Assembly (NCBI GenBank): GCA_963745835.1
Contig: CAVUZH010000014.1
Span: 160,001-224,000 of the forward strand
Reading direction: 5' to 3'
DNA length: 64,000 nucleotides
Origin: an uncultured delta proteobacterium
GTDB lineage: Bacteria; Desulfobacterota; Binatia; UBA9968
How positions within the stretch are numbered: the first letter of the stretch is position 1; each line of letters opens with the position of its first letter. Of the stretch, positions 10,676 through 22,623 are shown piece by piece. A program made the position numbers and the translations under genes. The notes under the pieces are model-generated. The model had not been told where the DNA came from, did no database searches, and saw nothing but the letters and a program-made list of their open reading frames with translations.

Positions 10676-11674
10676 TCACTCACCATAGAGATTCTTGATA
10701 AAGCCGCTCTGCTCGAGCTCTCGCAAATTCGCCACATCGATAAAGCTGCCGGGCTGAAGACTTTTAGCCTTTGGATTTCGCGAGCTCATCTCATCGAGCA
10801 CCATCTGAATGCCTTTGGTGGTTGGATACGGCACCCGCGGCATCACTTTGACCGCATAATGCTGGTAGGTCTCTTCCAGAGCATCCGCTTCACTGATGCG
10901 CGAATACTTACCGATTACCTTCATGGAAAAGGCTTTATCGGTCTTCAACCGATGCAAACCTTCGACATAAGCGCGCAAGTAGCGACGGATCGTCTCCGGA
11001 TTTTCACCCAGATAGCGCTGTGTGGTAACCACACCGGCGCCCTGATAGTCAACACCGATGGCGCTCAGGTCCGCCAACATAGAAAAACCCAGCTTGCCGG
11101 CCCGAAGATGTAGCGGCGATGACAGTAAGCCCCCGTCAACACTTTTGGCGATCATTCCAGCCAATGTCTCTTGTGAGCCGCCCATCTGGATCAAGGCCAC
11201 CTCCCGGTCGGGCGCTATTCCCCATTGTCCCAATACGTAACGCAAGAGAAAATCGTCCGATGTACCGAAACGCGTCACGCCGATTTTTTTACCCCTTAGC
11301 TCCTCCGGTTTCTTTATCTCCGGTCTGACCATAATTTTCTGCCCGGGCTTGTGATTAGGCCCGGCAAGCATCACCAAGTCAGCGCCTGCCAAATTGGCCT
11401 GAATCACCGCTGGAATGGCGATCTCGGCAATCGGAATCTCTCTAGCCAACATGGCTTGAACAACCTTGGAGCTGCCGCCGATGTAGATTAGCTCGACTTG
11501 CAGTCCGTGCTTCTCGAAAAGCCGTGCTTCTTTGGTGACCCAAAGCACAGCCATGGAACCGACAGTGGTCGGATAGGCAACATTAAGTTTGATGGTCTGT
11601 GCGATCGCAGACCAAGGCTTAGTGCCGCAGGCTAGCAGCAATGCTAGAAATGCTATCTTGATCTTCACGAGCAC
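10676..11674 (-). CDS. ABC transporter substrate-binding protein, NitT/TauT (SsuA/NMT1-like) family
   Basis: Signal peptide, FEKHGLQVEL and ELRGKKIGV motifs; no permease adjacent. Confidence 0.85.
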   Translation of the reverse strand: MLVKIKIAFLALLLACGTKPWSAIAQTIKLNVAYPTTVGSMAVLWVTKEARLFEKHGLQVELIYIGGSSKVVQAMLAREIPIAEIAIPAVIQANLAGADLVMLAGPNHKPGQKIMVRPEIKKPEELRGKKIGVTRFGTSDDFLLRYVLGQWGIAPDREVALIQMGGSQETLAGMIAKSVDGGLLSSPLHLRAGKLGFSMLADLSAIGVDYQGAGVVTTQRYLGENPETIRRYLRAYVEGLHRLKTDKAFSMKVIGKYSRISEADALEETYQHYAVKVMPRVPYPTTKGIQMVLDEMSSRNPKAKSLQPGSFIDVANLRELEQSGFIKNLYGE

Positions 11675-11824
11675 CTCGTTTGTGAAATGGCTTTGGGATT
11701 TTGGATTTTGGATTGGACTAGCAGATCGGGAGTGGATAGCTCATGCAGCCGCCGAATGTACGATCCGGGATGAAGCGAGAGGCGGGAGCCGACGTTCAAC
11801 ACCTAACACCTGATACCGAACCCG

Positions 11825-12904
11825 CTATGGGTGAACCGATTCCAAAAACCAGTCGGTCGGAATCTCTCGTCCCACTCGGGCCTCCCGAGCACGCGCCAGC
11901 ACTTCGCTGCCAACTGCGGCGAACTGCAAGCCGAGACCTACGTTATTACAAAAGCAACTGATCGCCTCGTCCTTGGTCCTTCCCGGATGCTGCCCGTTTA
12001 CTAACTGCGAAATCGTCGGCAAGTCCCACAGCGGAGTATCTTCCCGTGTAAGCGGATGCGCCCAACCTTCAGCGACATCCGGAATCGATTGCGGATCGAC
12101 GCCGCCAATGACGATTTGAAACGGCTTGGCCTCTTTCCAGTGGATGATCAGCGGGTCCGATCGCTGGTAGGTGGAGGCGTCCAGCTCGCAAGGCTTGACG
12201 CAGGATACATGGACTCCCGGCTTAAGCAACTCACCAGGAAACAGAGCGGAAATTGAATTCGTGGTGCAGGTAACGATATCCGCGCCGTCGATGGCCTCAG
12301 CGGCGCTACCGGCTTCGACAAGTTCCGCGGAAATATTGTTGCTCCACTCCTCCAGGAAACGACGCCGGGAGTCTGCGTTGGGGCTGAAGACTCTGACTTT
12401 CTTAAGATCACGCACCAAGCTAAGCGTAATTAGATGAGCGCTGGCTTGCCACCCACTTCCGAGCAGCGCCATCACAGATGCGTTCTTGCGCGCGAGATGA
12501 CGCGCGGCGATTGCGCTGGCCCCTGCGACGCGGAGTTTCTGCACATAACCGTCGGGGAAAATCGCCAGCGGCTCACCGGTTTCAGTGCTGAAAAGCATGA
12601 CCAGGCCAACGTAACGATTGCCCCCGGCAACTGGAAGCTTGTCTTTGCGCACGCCGCCGTTCTTTTCGTACCACGTAACCACGCTTGAATTGAGGCGCAA
12701 TGCCGCGATTTTGCGATTCGGCAGAACACCGCTCATGGTTTTGTATTCGTAGAATTCATTTGGCTTGGTCGGACTGAAAACATCATAGCGCGGCACCGTC
12801 GCTGCCATGCCACTGCCGAGATCGCGATAGGCCTCTTCTAGGACTTCGAGACAAGCGCCCACCGGCAGAATCTTTTCAATATCTTCGTTCGATAAAATGA
12901 GCAT
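11825..12904 (-). CDS. Ornithine cyclodeaminase/mu-crystallin family protein
   Basis: ETGEPLA..LRVAGAS, LGSGWQA, ADIVTCTT and GLGLQFAA (F in place of the usual D) motifs. Confidence 0.88.
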   Translation of the reverse strand: MLILSNEDIEKILPVGACLEVLEEAYRDLGSGMAATVPRYDVFSPTKPNEFYEYKTMSGVLPNRKIAALRLNSSVVTWYEKNGGVRKDKLPVAGGNRYVGLVMLFSTETGEPLAIFPDGYVQKLRVAGASAIAARHLARKNASVMALLGSGWQASAHLITLSLVRDLKKVRVFSPNADSRRRFLEEWSNNISAELVEAGSAAEAIDGADIVTCTTNSISALFPGELLKPGVHVSCVKPCELDASTYQRSDPLIIHWKEAKPFQIVIGGVDPQSIPDVAEGWAHPLTREDTPLWDLPTISQLVNGQHPGRTKDEAISCFCNNVGLGLQFAAVGSEVLARAREARVGREIPTDWFLESVHP

Positions 12905-13171
12905 TGGCTACCTCCAGGCGGCACGCTGCCATAGTTATTGCCATGGAAGGATTTTTTTTCAAAGCCTTTCACGCGCGCGCGGTTGTTGACACGAGGCTAG
13001 TGCTGTTGTCATATCAGACGACCGGATATTTATCGATGATTTAACATCGGCTCATTGAGCACGTTGAGATCCGGATGCGGTTTCGTTCGCGCACCACATC
13101 TATTCAAGTAGTCTATTCAAGTAATTCTTCCCACACCCTTGACCGACGCGCCAACAGCACCGCGCCTGACT

Positions 13172-14473
13172 ATGACCACCCATTTACAGCCGAAGCGGCG
13201 GCGATTCTTCTACGGTTGGTACATCGTTGGAGTCGCGATTTTGGTCAACATCGCCGGAACATTTGCCTTCTCGAGCACTTTGAGCATTTTTCTCAAGCCG
13301 ATCACTGAGGAGTTAGGAGTTACACGCGGCGCATTTTCGTTGATCCGCACTTTCGAGATCGGCATCGCCGCTATGATCGTGCCGCTCCTTGGCCCATGGC
13401 TCGATCGGCACGGCGGACGGGGCATCCTCGTCGTCGGAGTACTGATGGAGGGGACGGGCTTGTTGCTTTCCAGCCTCGTGCATAGTTTCTGGCAATTTGT
13501 TCTGGTGCGCTGCTCGCTTGTAATTGCCGGCGAAGCTTTACTGGGTTCGTTGGTCATCAACGTCACCATCGCTCAGTGGTTCGTGCGCAACCGCGGACGC
13601 GCCATGGGCATTGCCAACTTGGGAACCGGCATTGCCAAGCTCGGCATACCGCTGATCGCGGCATCGTTGTTTGTCCTAGTCGGTTGGCGCGGGACCTGGG
13701 CGGTATTCGGCATCATCGCGCCTATTCTGGTGGTGGCGCCGGCGCTGATCTTTGTACGTAGACGACCCGAAGACATGGGACTTCAACCGGACGGAGCAGC
13801 GCCACCTCAAAGCTCTGAGCTATTGCCAGCTAACGGTCTGAGGCCGTCGAATGCCCGACCAAGAAGTCTGTTCCGTGAAACCTCATGGAGCCGGTCGGAG
13901 CTCGTGCGATTGCCAGTCTTTTGGCTTCTCGTAGTCACCTTCGGCATCGCCAGCATCGGCATCGCCGGTCTCAATCTGCACATCTTTTCTTATGTCACCG
14001 ATATCGGCTACTCGCCTCTGATCGCGGCTTCTTTTATGAGCACAATAGCGCTAACACAACTCGGCTCCACACTTGTTTGGGGTGTACTCGCCGACAGATT
14101 CGATCTTAGGAAGGTGTCCTGCATCCAGTTCTTGATCCAGGGAGTAGGACTGGTGATCGCCATAGTTAGCGTTGATATTCGTCTCGTTTACCTGGGGTTC
14201 TTTCTGTATGGCACCGGATTGGCTGGGAGCTTTGTTCTGCGTGAAGTGATCTGGGCTAATTTCTTCGGCCGAGCGTCTCTAGGGAAGGTACGCGGACTGT
14301 CGCTATTCTTTTCTCATCTATTCGCGGCCAGCGGTGCGCCTTTCTTCGGCTTTCTTCACGATCGCATGGGCAGTTACAATATATCCTTTACGATCTTTTC
14401 CTGCGCTCTATTCACATGTGCATTTTTGATCTTGTTTGCTAAACCGCCAATGGACCCGTCGAACAAGGAATAA
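13172..14473 (+). CDS. MFS transporter (OFA/monocarboxylate-like)
   Basis: About 12 hydrophobic segments, FYGW N-terminus, WF..RGRAMG and motif A (GPWLDRHGGR). Confidence 0.9.
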   Translation: MTTHLQPKRRRFFYGWYIVGVAILVNIAGTFAFSSTLSIFLKPITEELGVTRGAFSLIRTFEIGIAAMIVPLLGPWLDRHGGRGILVVGVLMEGTGLLLSSLVHSFWQFVLVRCSLVIAGEALLGSLVINVTIAQWFVRNRGRAMGIANLGTGIAKLGIPLIAASLFVLVGWRGTWAVFGIIAPILVVAPALIFVRRRPEDMGLQPDGAAPPQSSELLPANGLRPSNARPRSLFRETSWSRSELVRLPVFWLLVVTFGIASIGIAGLNLHIFSYVTDIGYSPLIAASFMSTIALTQLGSTLVWGVLADRFDLRKVSCIQFLIQGVGLVIAIVSVDIRLVYLGFFLYGTGLAGSFVLREVIWANFFGRASLGKVRGLSLFFSHLFAASGAPFFGFLHDRMGSYNISFTIFSCALFTCAFLILFAKPPMDPSNKE

Positions 14474-14597
14474 AACAAAGTACTGCCTTACGGCTCAAGT
14501 CAATCACTTATCTCCGGTCGCTGTTGACAACTTTCTTTGGCGCCACATAATTGTTTGTTATCACAGGATACGAATAGCGAATAGAAGGATAAGTTCG

Positions 14598-15038
14598 GTG
14601 TATTACTTTGCTTACGGCTCAAATCTGAACTGGCCACAGATGCAACGTCGTTGCCCGTCATCACGTTTCATTTGCATCGCCAGGTTGCCGGATTATCAAT
14701 TCGGCATCACGCGCCATTCGCGCTTGCGCAACTGCGGCACGGCCAATGTGATTGCAGCCCAGGGCAAGGAAGTTTGGGGCGCCGTATACGACATCTGTGA
14801 TGAGGACTTGCTCATGTTGGATAGCTTTGAAGACGGTTATCGCCGCGAGATTTTGCCGGTTTTTGGCCTAAACGGCGGAGAGGCGCCGTTTCAGGCGCTG
14901 GTTTATATCGCCGAACTGGAGCTCGATGTTCCATTGCCCAATGCCGAATACAAGCGATTGATTTTAGAAGGCGCCAAACATTGGAAGCTACCTAGCCTCT
15001 ATCTTTCGATACTCGAGGAGATAGAGGCAGCAGGATAA
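14598..15038 (+). CDS. Gamma-glutamylcyclotransferase (AIG2-like) family protein
   Basis: YFAYGSNL, VWGAVY and LDSFE motifs; GTG start assigned. Confidence 0.88.
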   Translation: MYYFAYGSNLNWPQMQRRCPSSRFICIARLPDYQFGITRHSRLRNCGTANVIAAQGKEVWGAVYDICDEDLLMLDSFEDGYRREILPVFGLNGGEAPFQALVYIAELELDVPLPNAEYKRLILEGAKHWKLPSLYLSILEEIEAAG

Positions 15039-15214
15039 TCCGGTCAGCGATCAGAGTTCCAGCAATAAAGAAAATCTTGCGAGAACTGTTAGCGCCTCAT
15101 CGAGCATCCGCGACATCATCCGTTTCGGTTACCAATTCGACAGCGTCTCTTCATGGACAAGCCTTACTTCCTAGAGTAATATCTCGCTAGTTTCCTAAGA
15201 GCTACTTTTTACCA

Positions 15215-18200
15215 ATGGCATTTAACGCAACGCAGCTCTTCAGTCGCGGGCGCAATTTCACCGTTCATCCGCGTACCCACAAAATCGCTATTTGGACGGT
15301 CTCCGTCGTTGTTGCCTTTGGCGTGCTGCTGGGATTAGTTGCGCCGCCGCTACTACGCGGCAAAATAACCGCGGACCTTTCGCAAAAACTGCACCGCGAA
15401 GTCACCATCGAGCGGATCCGTTTGAATCCCTACGCCATGACCGCGACCATACGTGGTTTTCTGATGAAAGAGCGTCAGAGCCAAGCCACCGCAGTATCCT
15501 TCGATGAGCTGCACGTCAACCTGGAACTGCGGTCTATTTTCCGTCTGAGTCCGGTCATCAAAGAGCTTCGTCTGCTGAAGCCTTACGTCAATCTCGTGCG
15601 CAACGAGGATTTTAAGTACAACTTCCAGGATATAATCGACGACCTAACGTCGGGACCGTCCGGTGGTCCGACGCCAAAGTTCGCCTTGAACAACATTCAG
15701 TTGATCGATGGCCGAATTGAATTTGACGATCGGCCTGAACAGACCAAGCATTTGATTTCATCGATCAATATCGGCGTGCCGTTTATTTCCAGCCTGCCGT
15801 CCTATACGGATATCTTCGTCAAACCTTCGTTCTCGGCAGATATCAATGGAGCTCCTTTGCATATCGGCGGAGCCTCCAAGCCATTTCACAGCTCGCACGA
15901 AAGCACAGTCGATTTGAACATCGACAAACTGCAGATCAACAAGTATCTCGAATATTCGCCCGTAGCTCTGAATTTCAAAGTTCCTTCCGGCGAACTGAAT
16001 GGCAAGCTCAACGCATCCTTTAAGACCGCCAAGGAGAGCCCGTCGGTATTCACGATCACCGGGAATTTGGCACTAACGGAGCTGGCAGTCGAGAAAAATG
16101 GCGGGACGCCTTTTGGCAAGATTGCCGACCTAGACGTGGTAGTCGAGTCGATCGACGTACTCAACAATAAGACGCGCTTAAAATCGATCAAAGCTCACGG
16201 CCTGGAGTTGCATCTAGCCCGAAATCGCGATGGATCTTTGAATACCGCCGATTTGATTAGAACCTCGCCGAAAACGACTTCAGTCGAATCGACGAAAAAC
16301 ACTAAACCGCTAGGCTACGAAGTTGATGACATTCTGATCGATTCGGGCACCCTGCACTTCATCGATGAGTCTTTGCAGCGGCCCTATAAGACCCGACTCG
16401 ACAATATTCGCATCGCAGTAAAAGGATTGACCAATGAACCGGCCAAAGAGGCCGATATGGAAGTCTCGTTTGAATCGGATGCAAAAGAGCGGGTCAGCCA
16501 AACTGGCAAAATCCAGCTGGCACCGTTTGTGGCAGAAGGAAAGATAGCGATCGAGAGTTTTAAGCCAGGAAATCTAAGCCCGTATTATCAGAATGCCTTG
16601 GCCCTGGAGATCAAGGAAGGCTTATTAGAACTCTCCACCCAATACAGATTCGAAGCGAAAGACGATGGATCGGATCTAAAGTTCACCGATCTGAATGCCA
16701 ATTTAAAAACTGTGCGGTTGGATTTCCCCGGGCACCCGGAACCGCTTTGGCGCATTCCATCATTGATCATTAAAGACGGTACGCGTCGACGTCTCAGGTA
16801 AAACAGTCGTTATCGGCGCGATTCAAGGCAAAGATGGCATCGGGCACGTCCAGCGGGATAAAGATGGCACTCTGAACTATGCGCGCATCGTCAAGGCCCA
16901 ATCATCCACGGCGCCTGTTAAAGAGCCGATAAAAAAAGACGAGACCGAGTGGAAGGTCGAAGCCAAACAGATTGCTCTGGATAGCTTCAAAATCGACGTC
17001 GACGACCGCGGCGCCGCCGCTCCGGCGAAGTTCGCGCTGTCCGATCTTTTCGTTCGCGTCGACAACTTTTCCAACGCGAAAAATCAAGCCGGTAGGACCA
17101 GGCTGCGTACTCGCATCAACAAGAATGCTTCATTGCGGTTGAACGGTACCGCGGCTACGAATCCAATCGCGGCTAAGCTCGCAGTCGAGGCCTACGATAT
17201 CGATGTTCTGTCTCTGCAGCCTTACTTCGGCGATCAGGTCAATTTTCTATTGACCGGGGGGCGAATCAGCACAAAGGGCAGCTTTACGTTAGCTGGCGGC
17301 GGCACCGGTCCGGCAAAAGCAAATTATCAGGGCGGAATAGAGCTCTATGATTTCGCCAGTATAGAAAAGGACAATAAACAGGATTTGGTGAAATGGAAGA
17401 ACCTCGGGCTCCATCAGTTCGAATTGACATCAGAACCGCTGCAAGTGCGCATCGGCGAAGTCGACGTCAACGATTTCTACTCGCGCGTGATCATCGGTCC
17501 CGAAGGCAAGATCAATTTGCAAAACCTGACTGCGCCTAAAGCGCAGAACCAAGAGGAGGCCTCAGCAGCGCAGGCGCCTGCCAGCCCCGCCGTGGATACA
17601 CCGGATACTGAGAAGCGGGTCACCATCGGCAAAATCAATCTTCACGGCGGCAATATCAATTTCAGCGACTTCCTGGTCAAGCCCAACTATTCGGCTAACC
17701 TCACCGATGTGCAGGGAACCATTTCAGAGCTTAAACCGGAAGCGCCAGGCGATATCGACATCCAAGCTAAATTGGATGGATCTGCGCCGGTCGATATCGA
17801 TGGCAAAATCAACCCGCTGGGCAAAGAGCTGTTTTTGGACATCGTAGCCGACGCTCGCGAGATCGAGATGAATCCGTTCTCACCTTACTCCGGAAAATAC
17901 GTCGGCTATGGAATCGAATCGGGCAAGCTCTCGTTCAATGTCAAATATAAAGTCGAAAACCGTAAACTAACTGCACAAAACAAAATTATTCTTAATCAGC
18001 TGACCTTCGGCGAGAAGGTCGAGAGCCCGCAAGCCACCAAGCTGCCGGTGTTGCTCGCAGTCGCGTTGCTGAAAGACCGGAACGGCGTCATCGACGTCGA
18101 TCTTCCAATCAGCGGCTCTCTCGATGACCCGCAGTTCAGTGTCGGCGGCATCGTGCTTCGGCTGGTGATTAACATCATCACTCGAGCAGTGACTGCGCCG

Positions 18201-18821
18201 TTCGCGCTTCTCGGCTCCGCCTTCAGCGGCGGCGGAAGCGGTGGCGGCGAAGAACTGAGCTACGTTGAATTTGATAGTGGGCGCGCCAGTCTCAACCAGA
18301 TTGCTCAAGGCAAGATTGAGACGTTGGCAAAGGCGATGAACAATCGTCCGGCTTTACGTCTCCAACTGAGCGGCCGCGCCGATCCGGCCACGGACCTGGA
18401 TGGGCTTAAACGGGTTTCGATGGAGCGAAAAGTGAAGGCACAGAAATTACAAGAGCTGTCCGGCAAGGCCGACGCTCCTAAATCGGTTGACGAGGTGCAC
18501 ATCGAAAGCAGCGAGTATCCGCAATATTTAAGACAAGCCTACCGCCAGGAGAGTTTCCCAAAGCCGCGCAATGCCATCGGCCTGTTGCGCGATTTACCCG
18601 TTGTAGAAATGGAGAAACTGATGATCCAGCATGCCACCGTTGGCGAGGAGAATTTAGGTGAGCTTGCCAATCAGCGCGCTCAGACAGTGCGAGATGCGTT
18701 GGTGACGACCGGGCAGGTGAGCGCAGACCGGCTGTCTATCGTTCCCGCCAAGCCGCTCACCAGTGAAGAGAAAGCCAAGCTAAAAGGTAAACCCAACCGC
18801 GTCGATTTTTCTCTGAGGTAA
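15215..18821 (+). pseudogene. DUF748 (AsmA-like) envelope protein with one frameshift near 16784 (possibly a sequencing error)
   Basis: Repeated DUF748 units; the frame of ORF 17133 is already open from 16785 (VDVSGKTVVIG...); C-terminal LPISGSLDDPQFS and OmpA-like LANQRAQTV. Confidence 0.8.
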
Positions 18822-18946
18822 TCTTTTACCTCCGATCATTTCACAGGAGCAACTTGCGCGGACAAGCGCGTAAAGGCATTTCTCAGCGTTAAGTTGTGTA
18901 GCTTAATCTTCTGGTATAAACTCATGGCGATTCAGGAGGCGCCTTC

Positions 18947-19192
18947 ATGAACCAACCGAAGAAATCCGCAAACCCAAAAGTCACTATCATCGCCAGCAAA
19001 GGAGCGAACCAAGCTATCAATTATCTGTTGGAAGACCGTGACGAACTAGAATGGCTCGTAGCCATCGGCCGCAACAAGAAAGGCGATATTTTCTTTTACG
19101 ATACGGGCGGCGACATCATTCAAGACTTGGGAGCAATTTCTTACATAAAAGAGCGAATTCTAAGAGACTACTTCGGCGAGACGGATGAATAA
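18947..19192 (+). CDS. Hypothetical protein
   Basis: AGGAGG RBS; 81 aa; directly upstream of the DUF763 gene. Confidence 0.75.
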   Translation: MNQPKKSANPKVTIIASKGANQAINYLLEDRDELEWLVAIGRNKKGDIFFYDTGGDIIQDLGAISYIKERILRDYFGETDE

Positions 19193-19200
19193 CGTAGGCC

Positions 19201-20287
19201 ATGCGACAAACCGGGATTGCTCAACTCCCGCTCCACGGCGGCAAGGCGCCTGTATGGCTATTTCAAAGAATGGTCAGGCTGGGACGCGAGATCACCCGCC
19301 TCATAATTGAAAACGACGGACCTCAGGCATTCCTCCAACGGATAGCCGATCCATACTGGCTACAGTCTTTAGGTTGTGTTCTTGGCTTTGACTGGCATTC
19401 TTCCGGCGTGACCACCACGGTATGCGGCGCGCTTAAAGAAGGCCTCAAAGGCAGAGAGAAGGAACTCGGCTTGATTATCGCCGGCGGTAAAGGCGCGACT
19501 TCCCGAAAAACTCCTGGCGAGATTATTGCCGCAGGCGAGAAATATCCTCTCGATTGCAGTGCCGACGCCCTGGTTTACCTAAGCCGGCTCACCGCCAAAA
19601 TCGATAACAATGCAATCCAGGATGGGTTCCAGCTTTATCATCACAGTTTCTTTTTCACTATCAACGGCTCCTGGGCGGTGGTGCAGCAAGGCATGAACGA
19701 ACGCTTTGCCCGGCGCTACCACTGGTTCTCCGAAGACGTCCGGACCATGACTCTCGAGCCGCACACGGCGATCTGCAGCAATCTGCAAGAAAGAGCGGGC
19801 GCTCAATCTAGTTGCGTTGGATAGTCAACCGGCGCAGTCGATGATTACCAATCTCTCTCATGAGCGGCCGGAAAAACTCATTGGCGAAATCCAACGGCTG
19901 CAAACATTATCGTTGCCTTCGCATCATCAAGTTTCCGTCAGCGACATTCACCCGAAATCGATCGAAAAGATTCTGCTGAAAACCTACGAACGTAAAGTCA
20001 CGAACTTCGAAGAGCTGTTGAGCATGCCCGGAGTCGGCGCCAAAACTTTGCGGGCTCTCACTCTTATTGCTGATCTGGCCTACGGCACTGCCGCATCCTG
20101 GAAAGACCCGGTAAAATTTAGCTTCGCGCACGGTGGCAAGGACGGACATCCCTATCCGGTTGATTGCAAGCTATACGACGACTCCGTTGAATTTCTGCGT
20201 CGCACAGTGGAGCGAGCGCGAATTGAAAAACACGAGAAAGAGAACGCGCTAAAAAGACTGCAGAGACTTTTCGCCTCCGAGAATTAG
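19201..20287 (+). pseudogene. DUF763-domain protein split by one frameshift near 19800 (possibly a sequencing error)
   Basis: LPLHGGKAP and DWHSSGVTT in the first ORF; GVGAKTLRAL (HhH) and FSFAHGGKDGHPYPV in the second. Confidence 0.85.
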
Positions 20288-20344
20288 GACCAGAACTCAT
20301 AACGGCTCTTTCGCAACTCTCCTTAGCACTTCAGGCAAATACGT

Positions 20345-21601
20345 TTGACTCACTCGCTGCATTGGTCTAGCGTGCGGCGGATGTCTGCCATCGCCGGCTT
20401 TTTTGGCTTGGGTATGCTGGCGCCGGAGAAGCGGCGCTCGCTAAGCTTGGTTTATGCCGCAAGCCTGGCGCTTATGATGGGCGTCAATTTCATTCAACCC
20501 GCCTTGCCGGCAATGACCGAACCCTTCGGCATCAGCGATTCGGCTCTCTCGCTGATCATGACTGTTTTCACCGCGCCGGCCATTGTGCTGTCACCGATCT
20601 TTGGCGTGATCGCCGATATGTACGGCAGAAGATTGCTTCTCGCTGGCGGGCTCATATTGTTCGGCATCAGCGGCACGGCGATGGCACTGGCGACCAGCTT
20701 TACCTGGCTGCTAGTGTTTCGCGCGATTCAGGGAATTGGTTTCAGCGCCGTGATTCCGCTCACGATTGTTCTGATAGGCGATCTGCTCGATGGCGACGAG
20801 GAGATCGCCGGCCAAGGTTTGAAGGTGTTTCTCGATCGTATCGGCTACATGATTCTGCCGCCGCTGGGCGGACTGTTGGCTGCGTTTGCCTGGTACTGGC
20901 CCTTCACTCTTTATATCATCACCGTGCCGTTGGGGATAATGACGTTTTTCTGGATGCCCGAAACCAAAGGCAGCGTAACCAGCGGAACCCGCGCCTATTT
21001 GGGCGAGATGCTCAAGCTAACGCGTCATCCCCGCTTAGTCGTCGCTTTTTCGGCGGGTTTCTTGCGCTTCTTCCTTGACTATGGATTTCTGACTTACTTT
21101 CCCCTTTTTCTTGTGCGCACCCACGGCATCTCGACGGCAACAGCGGGCTTGTTGTATGTCTTCTTTTCAGCGGGCGCTATGATTACTTCCAGTCAGGCAG
21201 GGAGACTGGCGGCTGGCAGAGACAAGGCCCGGGTACTGTTTATCGCCTTCTTGGTCAGTGGCATCGCGTTGGTGGCTGTGCCGTTTATGCCCGGCGTCTG
21301 GTTGGTAGGCGGCGCGTTATTTTTTTATGGCATCGCCAACGGTGTCATCTCGCCGATGCAAAAGAGTTTGCTCACGCAGAATGCGCCGCTTCAAATGCGC
21401 GGCGGGATCGTGTCTTTCGATCGCTTGATTCAACAGGCTTCAAAAACTATCTCAACATCTGTGGTCGGCTTGCTCTTGATAACCGCAGAGCTGCCGACAA
21501 TTTTCTGGATGCTTGGATTGCTTTCTTTACTCAGCGTAGCGTTAATGGCGCTCTTACTGCCGTCACGCAAGTCCGCTCTGGCTAGCCCAAGCGTCTCCTG
21601 A
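20345..21601 (+). CDS. MFS transporter (DHA1-like)
   Basis: GVIADMYGRR motif A, FRAIQGIG, about 12 TM segments; start uncertain. Confidence 0.88.
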   Translation: MTHSLHWSSVRRMSAIAGFFGLGMLAPEKRRSLSLVYAASLALMMGVNFIQPALPAMTEPFGISDSALSLIMTVFTAPAIVLSPIFGVIADMYGRRLLLAGGLILFGISGTAMALATSFTWLLVFRAIQGIGFSAVIPLTIVLIGDLLDGDEEIAGQGLKVFLDRIGYMILPPLGGLLAAFAWYWPFTLYIITVPLGIMTFFWMPETKGSVTSGTRAYLGEMLKLTRHPRLVVAFSAGFLRFFLDYGFLTYFPLFLVRTHGISTATAGLLYVFFSAGAMITSSQAGRLAAGRDKARVLFIAFLVSGIALVAVPFMPGVWLVGGALFFYGIANGVISPMQKSLLTQNAPLQMRGGIVSFDRLIQQASKTISTSVVGLLLITAELPTIFWMLGLLSLLSVALMALLLPSRKSALASPSVS

Positions 21602-21660
21602 GTTCAACAGTGTTATTGCCGCGCTTCGAGAAAATCCTTTCGACCAACTTTCGGGCTGCA

Positions 21661-22533
21661 CTAAAAACCTTTGAACTCCGTTTCTTCGCGGCTCTCGGTT
21701 TCCAATTGGATGGTCGTGTGCTCGATGCCGAAACGCTGCTTGAGGGTTTCTTCGATACCGTTCAAAACTTCATGAAAATCTTCGCCGTCGACAATGACGG
21801 CGTGCGCGCTGAGGGTGAAAATCCCCGAAGTCACCGCCCAAACATGAAGATCGTGAACCGCCATGACGCCTTTCACATCCTCGATGGTGCGCTGGACTTC
21901 TTCGAGTCGAATCGTTTTGGGAACCGACTGCATAAGAATACTCAGTGCCTCTCTAATCAAGTTCCATGACGAGTACAGGATCAACAATCCGATAAAGACA
22001 CTGATCAACGGATCGGCCAGATACCAAGCGGTAAAATACATTATAAGCCCGGCGACAATGGCGCCCACGGAGCCGATGGCATCACTGATCACGTGCATGA
22101 ACGCGCCGTGAAGATTGAGATTATGGTGATGCGATTCGTAGAGAATGAAGCCGGCGGCAATGTTCACCATCAAACCAATTGTAGCGACAATGATCATGCC
22201 GAGGCTCTCTACTTCCGGTGGATTGTTGAGTCGATTGTACGCTGCGGCAAAAATCACCCCGACAATCAGCCAGAGTGCCAGGCCATTAAACAGAGCGGCT
22301 AAGATTTCCGCGCGATGATAGCCATAGGTGCTCTCCGCCGTAGCCGGCCGCCGAGCCATTCGAAAGGCAAAAAGACTGACGACGATGGCGCCGATATCGG
22401 ACAGCATATGCCCGGCATCGGAAAGCAAGGCCAGGCTATTGGTGAGAAAACCCGCAATGAGCTCCGCGAAGAAGTAGCCGAGGCTGATGGCGAGCGCCAA
22501 CTTGAGCCGCCGCGTCTCGCTGTGTCGTTCCAT
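21661..22533 (-). CDS. Cation diffusion facilitator (CzcD/ZitB-like Zn/Co/Cd efflux)
   Basis: SLALLSDAGHMLSD, HVISD, VHDLHVW and HTTIQ motifs. Confidence 0.93.
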   Translation of the reverse strand: MERHSETRRLKLALAISLGYFFAELIAGFLTNSLALLSDAGHMLSDIGAIVVSLFAFRMARRPATAESTYGYHRAEILAALFNGLALWLIVGVIFAAAYNRLNNPPEVESLGMIIVATIGLMVNIAAGFILYESHHHNLNLHGAFMHVISDAIGSVGAIVAGLIMYFTAWYLADPLISVFIGLLILYSSWNLIREALSILMQSVPKTIRLEEVQRTIEDVKGVMAVHDLHVWAVTSGIFTLSAHAVIVDGEDFHEVLNGIEETLKQRFGIEHTTIQLETESREETEFKGF

Positions 22534-22623
22534 ATTCGAAGTATTTTAGTACGCTACTCTTCCGGCCAGTACAGTTTCAAGAACAAACCGCGCTCAGGAT
22601 GAACGGAGAGTCTGCCTCTCTAT